IMG/VR virus record: IMGVR_UViG_3300033146_004399
Coordinates: 32,001-96,000 of that record
DNA from: a virus
Strand: one strand, 5' to 3'
Length of the DNA: 64,000 nt
Positions 52,601 to 60,658 of this stretch are shown one piece after another. The position numbers and the translations under genes were made by a program. Position 1 is the first letter of the stretch, and every line of letters begins with the position of its first letter. A model generated the notes under the pieces. It made no database searches. It was not told where the DNA came from and saw only the letters and a list, made by a program, of their open reading frames with translations.

Positions 52601-53152
52601 ACTGGTGGTATTAAATTAGAAGTAGGGGAAAATGGAGAAGCTGTATCGATAACAGATAATAATGTAAGTGGTATAGCATTATTAGGTCCAGGAACCTCAG
52701 GCTCTAAAATTGATAATTTTGAAAAAGTATATAATGCTGTATGGAATGATATTGCCGACTTTATAGAAGTTGAAGCTGGAATCGAATTAGAGTTTGGTAA
52801 AGTATACACTCGTAAAGCAGATGGTACTCATGGTATCTCTTCTACATATATGGAGAAAGGTATATTAGGTCTTGCCTCTGATACGTACGGTTTTGGTGTT
52901 GGTAAGAAAGATAATGCTGTTGGAACTCAAATTCCTGTAGCTATCGGCGGTATTGTACTTGCTCATGTTAAAGAAGAATACGAACCCGGTACTGCATTAA
53001 CATGTGGTCCTAACGGTATTCTCATGGAATTTAAACTTGAAGATAAGAGAAACTTCCCTGAAAGAATAATCGCTACATATTATAAGCCCGAAGTCAGTGA
53101 AGAATGGAATGGTATTACTGTTGATGGAAGACATTGGGTAAAGATTAAATAA
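46679..53152 (+). CDS. Giant virion fibre/appendage protein (2157 aa) with nested-domain stalk and C-terminal autocleaving-chaperone-like domain
   Basis: Mirror-ordered half-domain repeats 48056-51463; C-terminal VYNAVWNDIADFIE...PVAIGGIV resembles Peptidase_G2-type domain; SD AGGAGG. Confidence 0.85.
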   Translation: MPRLRSEQIQNLTLTNAQIGDGYTYDANGVQIAGFDPTRLIDQQKIKDLEFQPNGWISRGIVNKVDVLPEWTADLEGRLFYIDSTDQLYLGIGTEPWFILISGDQASGWDAELTTRMGSDGTNWNGTMATQFQTLSYTFAADGSDLFVYVNGSLQRLDHDFEIVDERTIRTLRNLNANDVVTMLVILSNSMLNYATKAWVFEKIQAGGINHSLDAAYDDGAVVSVDSRDVDWRLAQDTKFIVSEAISGIALPATHLGTKDITSGHNWQTRWQTFDVVLTNAGTVTGPKTVTLNNPTVTLAEVATEISEALVTAGISNLYGFGDTGFAGLQSTVVGNDISFTLASGSNALPIFGLAPQVVLGDDAYSSYHEFGLDVDASSDAGLEAGEKFWFSVNGTEYFITTGANATYDQVRSSIDTVLDISGFAASTEGVSPNQDIRVTTDLVGLANPTVLADINYAGQIEITQVTTVADVNRSLDGKYFAINSIDANLFGHEKPYYVWYHIDAEQEVSTITTTAEDSNVTLAGSYFDLHSPTTDYFVWFEVETPVSAGYQELGLSALNAGTTTGLTENTTYYFKVAVDGQAQQEFNITTAPDIQPVAEITDVTFPADVAQTYSGRYWELNSQTGSGYYVWYNIDTAAGSEVTDVTTVADTAQSLSGLQFDIHTPSQQYYAWLSMMTDPGLPELAETTDITTVADVAQSLSGSTFYINSADGSPYYVWYEMITDPGAAAVGEISEIVTVADSGQSLSGKYFEVSTISTDYYGWYRMLVAGPVVGQEEITEITTVSDAAKSLSGTYWTFNTPYNEYYVWNRMELTAAEPATAEESTATFNSNVVGDYAGQYITIHNFTTAYDIWFDTTGSDTAPAGAISNPIVADISGAADATAIALIVVNAVKAATTMFSTSSSTGATITFVEDNAGAQNNSADGSNAADVDVATSVTGADYVVATYSTDPAPASKTGVQINVAENDANTVIASAINTQINLLGDVSSSVLGAVITITNDDIGAVADAVDVDSGFSTNVTQQGISSAPATYSTDPAVVGKTGIQINIAEDDSADAVASATQTVLDGMAQFDAGVVNNTVTITATTSGATADATAGNSGFAVSTTQQGSDYIAPTYSTDPAPASKTGIKVVIAEDDIAADVAEATRTAIDLLGSFSATRSNSTITIIDATTGPVTDAVDIDTGFAISVTQQGQDYIAPTYTTEPAGTGIGIKVDIVENDTNIAVAQAVEAAFNGTVGFSATRTNETVTITNDVGGVATNAAASNSGFTINIVEQGYEAYSSTDPAIIGRTSLQVNIIENDTADAIAAKTSTVINASAHFSSSASNDTVTIIDANGGAVTDAVNVDIPAGFSVNVSTPGVDFISADVSWGQILTLLNVSTTSAATWAFNNGDIRLTSDTIGSWTAISLAAGTTGNDFFSSVNDFVSFDAEIPGVSSYSAQPAGVGTPIKVPVLVGANAVNVASSIQTAVDTEGDFNAAVGVNVGVDDHIITVTNVATGFVTDIADHGTAFGLTVFNQGANESTDPVGIGTGIQVDINKDDSATDVATKTQAAVDSDGEFYVTRLDAVLSVQNDFSGAVTLAADVDSGFAFTRTGLGEDVKYGIFSANGLNITLPAAVDGIDAVPASIAVGTADLSGGYNFYTFPKDFAVVISGEPLVEVFLDEAAYNASEVVSKANTKIADAGITNLEAYQEAGHIGFRTLLTGLAQSLDLRDSLSDALVTLGWTAGIYSGTLGPADSIFQVDALASGNEIRFDADVLPLATGTNNIGSEDYKVKEIWAQDAHFDAGTIYIGNAKISEETNEFAFTVDDGVNEWDHFGNTNSAIAPVGADRIGVAGVVGVIPEISGGSAAPGDPGTLQEMLTGFAKSAGGVKVFPDMGTTTGTYGDPTNLKGFLLEKAAGLYLKVGEIVYIKDINRSVMVLLQGTGVVEDFDWTYLEGAVHAVGGESIKYDLTALDANGAPTTGTLPVDSFYVKTTGGIKLEVGENGEAVSITDNNVSGIALLGPGTSGSKIDNFEKVYNAVWNDIADFIEVEAGIELEFGKVYTRKADGTHGISSTYMEKGILGLASDTYGFGVGKKDNAVGTQIPVAIGGIVLAHVKEEYEPGTALTCGPNGILMEFKLEDKRNFPERIIATYYKPEVSEEWNGITVDGRHWVKIK

Positions 53153-53158
53153 TTACAT

Positions 53159-53185
53159 AAAAACCTCCTCCGGGAGGTTTTTTTT
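53159..53185 (+). terminator. Intrinsic terminator
   Basis: AAAAACCTCC-tccg-GGAGGTTTTTTT. Confidence 0.85.
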
Positions 53186-53208
53186 ATACTCTTTCAGCAT
53201 ACTTAATT

Positions 53209-53236
53209 TTGGACAATTTTAATAATATGGTATAAT
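53209..53236 (+). promoter_or_regulatory. Host sigma70-type promoter (extended -10)
   Basis: TTGGACA then TGgTATAAT at 53228-53236. Confidence 0.6.
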
Positions 53237-53286
53237 TAAACATAACAAAGTACAGATGGTGCTTAATAAGAATAAGAGGTGATAAG

Positions 53287-54681
53287 ATGAAAAAAATTAT
53301 AAGTTTAGTTATTTTGGTTCTTTTGGTATTTATGAGTTGTGATATAAACAACTTGGTTGATAACGCTACAGATAATAGTGCTACAGATAATAGTGCTACA
53401 GATAATAGTGCTACAGATAATAGTGCTACAGATGATAGTTATATGATTGAAGGTAGGATTATAAATCTTATTGCAAATTATAGTTCTGCTACATTAGTAT
53501 ATAATTATGAAATAACTTCAAAAAGTTCTTTTAGAGGTATTATTGCTATTGACAATGAAGTAGTTATAGCAGTAAGTGAAATTCCTGGTATTGGTACAGT
53601 GGTTAAAACTGAGAATGGTAAGTATTATTTAGAAGATGTAAATACTTTTAATGAAATTATGCTGCCAGCTGGTACAACTACTTTACATATTTATCAGTTT
53701 AGTAAATATGGTACAGATATTTATTATGGTGTTGATAATAAACTTTATAAAGAACCTTTTAGTGGATTTGATAATAATTTTAATGGTACGGTTATAGTTG
53801 ATGGCCAGATATTTTCTGATACTGGAAACCTTATAACTGAACTTCAATATGTTGTAAGTGATACAGGAGAAGTACGATATAATACAAGAGGAGTTAGTGA
53901 TGGCGTCCACATGGATAGTGTTCAATTGGAATGGGATAGTAATGGAACTGCTACTGTAGACGATGATACTTCTCATTTTAATGATAATAAAACTTCTGTA
54001 AATTTTTCTTATGCATATTGTAATGCTGATGGTAATTTAGTTGCAATGTCAGATAATACAATTTTAAGTTATGATGTTTTGGTAAATGGATCATCTTATA
54101 TTGCTCCATTAGGGTTCAACATTATGTTTTTTGGCCAAAATCAGGAATTAAATAATGTTGCAGTATATAATAGAATTGATTCATCTAACCCATGTGCATG
54201 GACTGGAGATTTTTCTTTTCCACGAGATACTATGTTTCATTCTTATAGAGATCATCAAGTATATTTTGTAAATGATAATGAAAGAAAATATATTGAATTA
54301 AATTCTGACGGTGATGATGTGGTTGTCAAAGTTCATACAACATCTTCAACTGGTATAACGGAAGTGGGAACATTTAACGTTAATTTTGAGACTGTTGATA
54401 CTTATGACAAATTGATTCCTAATATGTGGGTTGATACTAACAATGATGTATACATAATAGTAGGAAATAAACTTTATAAAAATACTATTACAGATGGATA
54501 TGAAAATATAACTGATATGACTGCGTTTTATACTCACGGTTCAAGGCTTGATGCTGTAACTGTACTTCCTCGAGCAAACGTTAATGATCCTGCAACAATT
54601 ATAGTTATGGACGAAGGTGTTAATTGGTATAATACTGACGGTTCTCCTTATACTGGTGCTAATATAGTAGCAGAATATTAA
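53287..54681 (+). CDS. Lipoprotein (464 aa) with DNSAT linker repeats; moron-like
   Basis: MKK + hydrophobic core + lipobox VFMSC; SD GAGGTG. Confidence 0.8.
   Translation: MKKIISLVILVLLVFMSCDINNLVDNATDNSATDNSATDNSATDNSATDDSYMIEGRIINLIANYSSATLVYNYEITSKSSFRGIIAIDNEVVIAVSEIPGIGTVVKTENGKYYLEDVNTFNEIMLPAGTTTLHIYQFSKYGTDIYYGVDNKLYKEPFSGFDNNFNGTVIVDGQIFSDTGNLITELQYVVSDTGEVRYNTRGVSDGVHMDSVQLEWDSNGTATVDDDTSHFNDNKTSVNFSYAYCNADGNLVAMSDNTILSYDVLVNGSSYIAPLGFNIMFFGQNQELNNVAVYNRIDSSNPCAWTGDFSFPRDTMFHSYRDHQVYFVNDNERKYIELNSDGDDVVVKVHTTSSTGITEVGTFNVNFETVDTYDKLIPNMWVDTNNDVYIIVGNKLYKNTITDGYENITDMTAFYTHGSRLDAVTVLPRANVNDPATIIVMDEGVNWYNTDGSPYTGANIVAEY
53359..53439 (+). repeat. 15-bp tandem repeat, 4 perfect copies plus degenerate flanks
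   Basis: GATAATAGTGCTACA at 53371, 53386, 53401, 53416. Confidence 0.95.
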
Positions 54682-54702
54682 ACCTAATAAGATTAAATTT
54701 CA

Positions 54703-54723
54703 GGCTCCCGAAAGGGAGTCTTT
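54703..54723 (+). terminator. Intrinsic terminator
   Basis: GGCTCCC-gaaa-GGGAGTC-TTT. Confidence 0.7.
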
Positions 54724-54741
54724 ACTAGGTAGGGGGGATAT

Positions 54742-55338
54742 GTGAAGAGTGTAATAAAAGTGTTAAAAGATAAAAATCTTAATTTTAAAGTTAAAGAACG
54801 TAAAAATAAAATTATTTTTAAATTTGAGAATAAAAAAGATTTAGATGCTGCAATTATGATTGTTAGAACTCCTCTGAATAGTGGTAATGACGTGCTTGAC
54901 ACACATTGGGAAGAGCATAAACAATTATTTGTTCAGAAATCTAATGCTAAGAAATTAACAATGACATTAATTGACATAGATGTTATAAAGCAAGAACCAA
55001 ATCCAATAGTTAAAAATGACGACGGATCATATACACTTACAGCTACTAAGAATGGAATGGAGAATTTTCTTAAATTAACATTTCAAAATGAATTTGGTAT
55101 TACTTTGAAAAAAGGCGTAGGTAAATTTAAGACTGAAAGAGAAGCAAGTGAAGCATACGATTCTTTAATTAAAGATGATTTTATTCCATCTTGGGGTTAT
55201 ACTTTCAATCTTAAGGGTAGAAAAATTATTTGTGGTATCGCTTTTTTACACGAAATGACATTTTTTGATTCATTAGATGATTCTAGTTATATGGATGAAG
55301 CTGTAAAGAAATATAAAGCTATTGAAATAAATCCTTAA
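54742..55338 (+). CDS. Hypothetical protein
   Basis: GTG start after G-rich SD. Confidence 0.65.
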   Translation: MKSVIKVLKDKNLNFKVKERKNKIIFKFENKKDLDAAIMIVRTPLNSGNDVLDTHWEEHKQLFVQKSNAKKLTMTLIDIDVIKQEPNPIVKNDDGSYTLTATKNGMENFLKLTFQNEFGITLKKGVGKFKTEREASEAYDSLIKDDFIPSWGYTFNLKGRKIICGIAFLHEMTFFDSLDDSSYMDEAVKKYKAIEINP

Positions 55339-55960
55339 GGCTATCGTCCTCTTGCTCTATTTCATCGGCACCTATTATTCTACCATATGTTTTAGCCCCA
55401 TATTCAATTTGGGGCTTTATTAAATTAGTTTTATGGCCTCGTCGAAATATAATATGCATATCCCATGATGTATGTTGTTCTCCTGGTAATGATTTTATTT
55501 TAGAGTCATATGATAGAGATTTATTTTTATTTGTAGCATTTAATGCATACTCTCTTATACTACGAATCATTTGAAGATATACATTATCGTCCATAACAAA
55601 TTTATTTATTTTACTAGGAACGCTTTTCTCGAAACCGTAATTTTTAGCAAAATTTCGTCGTAAACTATCTTCAAATTCTGATAATGATTTAAATTGTTTT
55701 ATACCATTACCAAATATAGAATCTAGTCCTTCGGTTTTAATTATTACGGGTATGTGTACTTTACCCTCTACGTCAATATGGGCAAATTCTATAGTCATTT
55801 CACCTACTTCTCTTCCAGAGTTTATTGTGCGATCTCGTCTTATTTTTTTCTTTCTGTTAATTTCTATTGTTTTTGTATTATTCTTAATACGTTCTTTTCG
55901 TCTAAGATGAAGTTGTTTATCAAATTTATTATTTTCATTCATTACTTGTTTTAATTTCAT
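55319..55960 (-). CDS. Hypothetical basic protein, leaderless start
   Basis: AAGATAA-N4-ATG, no SD. Confidence 0.65.
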   Translation of the reverse strand: MKLKQVMNENNKFDKQLHLRRKERIKNNTKTIEINRKKKIRRDRTINSGREVGEMTIEFAHIDVEGKVHIPVIIKTEGLDSIFGNGIKQFKSLSEFEDSLRRNFAKNYGFEKSVPSKINKFVMDDNVYLQMIRSIREYALNATNKNKSLSYDSKIKSLPGEQHTSWDMHIIFRRGHKTNLIKPQIEYGAKTYGRIIGADEIEQEDDSLKDLFQ

Positions 55961-56027
55961 ACAATTATCTTATACAAAAAGCATATTTATTTATACTTGT
56001 TGTAAGATAAAATCAAAGGAGATATTA

Positions 56028-56684
56028 ATGCCGATAGAAATTGGTCTACTAAATGTAGATATGAATTTTATAAATAAACCTGAAGTTGTAGGAAATCAAT
56101 TGATAAATAATGATTTTATAAGTACAACCGATATAAAAACTATGCTTCATAGAAATTTGAAACCTGAAGCAATAGTAAAAAAAATGAAATTAAAACATAA
56201 ACATAGAGGGGTTATAACCTCATCAACAGAACAAATTCTCCCTTATTATAAAAAACTTATAGATAAGAAAGTACTTATACCAAAGAGATTTTCATTTGTT
56301 AACGTTAGTTCCCATTGTAACATATATTCATATGGTGGTAGTGCAGAATATATGGGTAAAGATGAGATACATGATTACAACCACCATAATGCATTTGTTT
56401 ATCTTTTTAAGAAAGGATATATAGATAAAATAACTTGGGTTGTTCCAGATCACTATACCGAGAATCAAATAGACGGACATTTTAAAGCTATGGATTTTTA
56501 TAAAAAAAATGCTTATCATATTATAAGTATAAATCAAGGATTAAGAATTATAGTACAAGTAATTAAATGGAGTCAATTTTTAACATCTAAATATGAATGG
56601 AAAGCAATAACACTTATTGCAAATCCACACACAGCTAAATATACATCGGAAGATTTACAAGAATTAAAAAAGTTAATTAGTTAG
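56028..56684 (+). CDS. Hypothetical protein, possibly degenerate UPF0489/ureohydrolase-like fold
   Basis: FVNVSSHCNI...NAFVYLFKKGYIDKITWVVP pattern; SD AAGGAG. Confidence 0.45.
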   Translation: MPIEIGLLNVDMNFINKPEVVGNQLINNDFISTTDIKTMLHRNLKPEAIVKKMKLKHKHRGVITSSTEQILPYYKKLIDKKVLIPKRFSFVNVSSHCNIYSYGGSAEYMGKDEIHDYNHHNAFVYLFKKGYIDKITWVVPDHYTENQIDGHFKAMDFYKKNAYHIISINQGLRIIVQVIKWSQFLTSKYEWKAITLIANPHTAKYTSEDLQELKKLIS

Positions 56685-56692
56685 GAGAAAAA

Positions 56693-56956
56693 ATGAACAA
56701 TATTAGAATGGTAAAAGATGAAAAAGGCGATATATATTTAAGTCAAGACGATTTATTATCGATTTTTGCGGATAGGTTAAAACTCTTCCCCGGGGAAATA
56801 GAAGCCCTTAAAACAGAAAAAGAAAGTTCGATAGTTAATTTAGATGGTTCAAGAAATATAATTCCACCAACAGAGAAAGATGTATTAGATTCTATAAGAT
56901 ATGAAGGTATGCAAAAAATGCTCGAGGGTATTATAGCCATGATTGATATTGAATGA
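56693..56956 (+). CDS. Hypothetical protein
   Basis: SD AGGAG. Confidence 0.7.
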   Translation: MNNIRMVKDEKGDIYLSQDDLLSIFADRLKLFPGEIEALKTEKESSIVNLDGSRNIIPPTEKDVLDSIRYEGMQKMLEGIIAMIDIE

Positions 56957-57297
56957 TTAGCGACCCGGCTAGTATAACTGCAGATGTAAGTAATATAGAA
57001 GGCGTAAAGCTTAAAGCTATGTTATACACACACACTAACACTACTGTTTCGGTAGGTATTGCAATTGGTTCTGGTCCTGTTGCCTTGAAAAAAGATTTTA
57101 GAATAAATGAAATAAAAAAAGAAATTCATTCTGTGTCTATAGTTGGATTTAATATAAACGAAGGTATAATTATACAAATAATAGCCGGTAGCTTTGCAGA
57201 TGATACTATGGAAATTATAGAAGAAAGTCTTATTTTAACTAATAAAGAAATAGGATTATTAACATCTGATATAGCTTTAAAATTATTAGTTGAATAG
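56953..57297 (+). CDS. Hypothetical protein
   Basis: ATGA coupling. Confidence 0.65.
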   Translation: MISDPASITADVSNIEGVKLKAMLYTHTNTTVSVGIAIGSGPVALKKDFRINEIKKEIHSVSIVGFNINEGIIIQIIAGSFADDTMEIIEESLILTNKEIGLLTSDIALKLLVE

Positions 57298-57330
57298 CAT
57301 ATTTTTACACTTTTTTACAAGATAAACTAT

Positions 57331-58227
57331 ATGGGAAAAAAACTAACAACGCAAGAATTTATAGAAAAAGTTAAAGCTATTCATGGTAATAGATATGATT
57401 ATTCTTTAGTTAATTATAGAGGTGCACATAAGAAAATAAATATAATATGTCTAAAGCATGGAGTATTTGTACAAACCGCAAATAATCATTACCGCGGAAA
57501 TAATTGTCCTAAATGTTATGCAGATATATTAAAAAATTCACGTAAAGACGACTATAATAGTTTTATATCAAAAGTTAAAAAGCTTAATAATAAATATGAT
57601 TATTCTTTGGTAGAATATGTAGATAGTCAAACTAAAGTTAAAATAATATGCTCTGAACATGGTGTGTTTGAACAAACACCAAATAACCATATAACTAAAA
57701 AACAAGGTTGCCCTATATGCGGTGGAAGTAAAAAGCTAACTACTGATATTTTTATTCAGAGAGCAAAAAAAATACACAATAATAAATATGATTATTCTAA
57801 ATCTTTATATATGGGTATGGAGGTAAAAATTGATATAATATGTTCAAAACATGGAATATTTAAACAAGTTCCAAAACATCATTTAAATAATCATGGGTGC
57901 CCGATATGCAATGAATCTAAAGGCGAAAAAGCTGTGGCAAAATATCTAGATGATAATAATATTAAATATATAAGACAAAAAAGATTTAATGATTGTAGGA
58001 ATAAACACCCGCTATCTTTTGATTTTTATGTTCCAAAAAATAATATTTTAATAGAATATGACGGAATACAACATTTTGAAATAAATGAACATTTTGGCGG
58101 TAAGAAAGGTCTAGAACATATACAAAAAAATGATGGAATAAAAAATAAATATTGCAAAAATAATAATATAAAACTTATCAGAATAAAATATAATGAAAAT
58201 ATCAAAAATAAATTGGAGCTGATATAA
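57331..58227 (+). mobile_element. Homing-endonuclease-like gene (three DUF723-like repeats + Vsr/DUF559-like nuclease), leaderless, coupled to terminase
   Basis: Same repeats; LSFDFYVPKNNILIEYDGIQH; AAGATAA-N5-ATG; TAATG overlap with terminase. Confidence 0.8.
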
Positions 58228-60188
58228 TGGCGCAGTCGGCAATAACTCGAAAACAATATGTACAAAATCTTGTAAAAGAAAAGTATGAGCAGTACGCTTT
58301 AAAAATACCATATAATAAATTAAGATGGTCTGATGATTACATTGATGTTACCTTAAATGATGGTACTGTCGAAGTAGTTGATCGCCTTGTTGAGTTCACG
58401 TTATGCAAGACATCATCGTACTATTTCATTGATAGATATTGTTTTACTAATCATCCTAAACTGGGATTCGTTCCATTTAAATTGCACGACTTTCAAAAGC
58501 AAGCTTTAAAAGACTTCCAGGAACATAATAAAGTTATTTTCAGAAAATCTAGGCAAATTGGTATAAGTGTAATATCTGGTGCTTACGCCCTTTGGCGGGG
58601 CAATTTCTATAAAAATCAAATGATTAAAGTAATCTCCCTCACCAAGGCAGACGCCATAGAATTTAAAGATAAAACTATCGATCTCAACTATGAGAAAATG
58701 CCTGGTTTTCTTAAAACAGCTGCTAAAGCTGGAAGGCTTGGTAGAACTAAATTTGAATTAATAAATGGTTCTCAAATACAGGTACTTCCAAAAAGTAAAA
58801 ATGCTGGTCGTGGTTCTACACCATCACTGGTAATAATCGATGAAGCAGCTTTTAATGAGTGGATGGATGATATATGGAAAGCAATCGAACCGGCATTAGA
58901 TAAAGGTGGAGATATAATTGTAATTTCAACGACAAATGGTGTTGGTAATTGGTATCACTTAACATATACAAGGGCTGAAGAAGAATTGAATGAATTCTAT
59001 CCCATTTTTATCCCTTGGTGGAGATATCCAGACCGTTCTAATCCTTGGCTTCCTATGGTTATGGAAAAAATTAAGAATAAAGAATGGGATGATAATAAAG
59101 TACAAGAATATGTTAAAAAAATGGAAACTGAACAACTATCATACAAGGGTAGTCCTAAAACTGCTCCTTGGTTATGGATAAGAAGAGCTAACGCAAAGTC
59201 AGAGCAAGAATTTAACCAAGAAATCATGGCTCAATTTTTAGGTTCTGGTTCTACCGTTATACCTTACAGAGAAATTGAAAGAATTGATGAGGAATGGGTT
59301 TGTGAACCTAAGTGGAAGGATGTTCTTCCACAAGACGAAAATAATGAAATTATAAAAGGTTTGTGGATTTGGAAGGATAGAAATATAAATTCTATGTATA
59401 TGTTAACATCAGATACTGCGACAGGTCACGGAAAAGATTATTCAACTATGCATGTTATAGATGTCTATCAAAGGGAACAAGTTGCTGAATATAAATGGCA
59501 AGTACCAACAGATGAGATGGGCAGACTAATAAAAAAAGTTGCTACATATTATAATGGTGCGTATGTTCTTATAGAATGTAATCATCCAGGACCTGCAACA
59601 TTTAATGAAGTTTATAAGCATAAAACTGATCCTTATTACAATTGTTACGTTAAAATGAAAAGTGGTAACCCATGGGGTTGGGATACAACTGCCAAAAGTC
59701 GCGTTCTTCTAGTTGAGGACTTTTACAAAGATATTCTTAATCAAACAACAAAAATATATTCATCACGTCTTTCTAACGAAATTAAAACTTTTATCTGGAC
59801 TGAAGGTGGTAAGCCGGAAGCAGCCCGTGGTAATAACGACGACCTTCTTATAGCTTATACATTTTATACTCATTTAGTTGATAATGTTTTTTCAGCTCAA
59901 CCAGCTGCAATACACAGTAGTAAAAAAATTGTAGATTATAATAACATGAACAAATTTGAAGAAGATTGGGAAGAGAGAGAAGACATGTTTATTAACTCCC
60001 ATGGTATGAGTATGAAAGACTGGTATTGGATACAAGGTAAACCTTTACCGAAAGAATATGTTGAATGGAAAAGAGCAGAAGAGGCTGAAGATGGTATTGT
60101 AGATAGAGAAAGTGATATTTCACTTTTAGAAGATATAAATAACAGAAAAAATTTAGGCTTAACTCCGCCACCTTCTTGGATTAAATAA
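58227..60188 (+). CDS. terL: Terminase large subunit (T4 gp17-like)
   Basis: LHDFQK Q-motif, KSRQIGIS Walker A, VIIDEAAF Walker B, ISTTNG coupling motif, RNase H acidic residues SDTATG..DYS and NDDL. Confidence 0.92.
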   Translation: MAQSAITRKQYVQNLVKEKYEQYALKIPYNKLRWSDDYIDVTLNDGTVEVVDRLVEFTLCKTSSYYFIDRYCFTNHPKLGFVPFKLHDFQKQALKDFQEHNKVIFRKSRQIGISVISGAYALWRGNFYKNQMIKVISLTKADAIEFKDKTIDLNYEKMPGFLKTAAKAGRLGRTKFELINGSQIQVLPKSKNAGRGSTPSLVIIDEAAFNEWMDDIWKAIEPALDKGGDIIVISTTNGVGNWYHLTYTRAEEELNEFYPIFIPWWRYPDRSNPWLPMVMEKIKNKEWDDNKVQEYVKKMETEQLSYKGSPKTAPWLWIRRANAKSEQEFNQEIMAQFLGSGSTVIPYREIERIDEEWVCEPKWKDVLPQDENNEIIKGLWIWKDRNINSMYMLTSDTATGHGKDYSTMHVIDVYQREQVAEYKWQVPTDEMGRLIKKVATYYNGAYVLIECNHPGPATFNEVYKHKTDPYYNCYVKMKSGNPWGWDTTAKSRVLLVEDFYKDILNQTTKIYSSRLSNEIKTFIWTEGGKPEAARGNNDDLLIAYTFYTHLVDNVFSAQPAAIHSSKKIVDYNNMNKFEEDWEEREDMFINSHGMSMKDWYWIQGKPLPKEYVEWKRAEEAEDGIVDRESDISLLEDINNRKNLGLTPPPSWIK

Positions 60189-60657
60189 TATTAAAAAATA
60201 TTAATTCGTTTTCTTCTTCTTTGTTTAAATCTATTACATTGTACTCTTCTTGCAATTTTAAATGTTTTGTTATAAACACATGGTTAAATAATATTACATT
60301 TTTAATTTTTATATTTGGATATTTTTGTTTAATAGTATTTAAAAACAATATATCTTTGTCGACATTTATTATTGCAATACTCCATTCTATATCTGTTACG
60401 AAGTTTTCATTCATGTATTTTTTTTCTAAAATATAATTTAAATTGTCATGATATGGAATTTCATTTATATTTGGAAAAATAGAAACAAATTCTTTAATAT
60501 CGAATATACATGCGCTGCCTTGCTGGTGGTTTACATTAAAAATTTCAAATAAAGATGTATACATGTCAAAATCATAATTTTTACTGTCAAAATTTCTTAC
60601 TAATTCATCACTTATATTGTTTAGATTAAATTTTTTTGTTTTTAATAATATTAGCAT
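60181..60657 (-). CDS. Hypothetical protein
   Basis: SD AAGGA; follows Gly-rich gene. Confidence 0.6.
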   Translation of the reverse strand: MLILLKTKKFNLNNISDELVRNFDSKNYDFDMYTSLFEIFNVNHQQGSACIFDIKEFVSIFPNINEIPYHDNLNYILEKKYMNENFVTDIEWSIAIINVDKDILFLNTIKQKYPNIKIKNVILFNHVFITKHLKLQEEYNVIDLNKEEENELIFFNII

Positions 60658-60658
60658 T

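Noticed and set aside
21460-57300. Recurrent intergenic (A)GCATA as a second promoter class
   Set aside because: Orientation and distance to starts are inconsistent, except for the two endonuclease leaders reported separately.
58227-60188. Intein or intron in terminase
   Set aside because: Length and motif spacing look normal, with no C-terminal HN-C/S/T splice motif or LAGLIDADG blocks.
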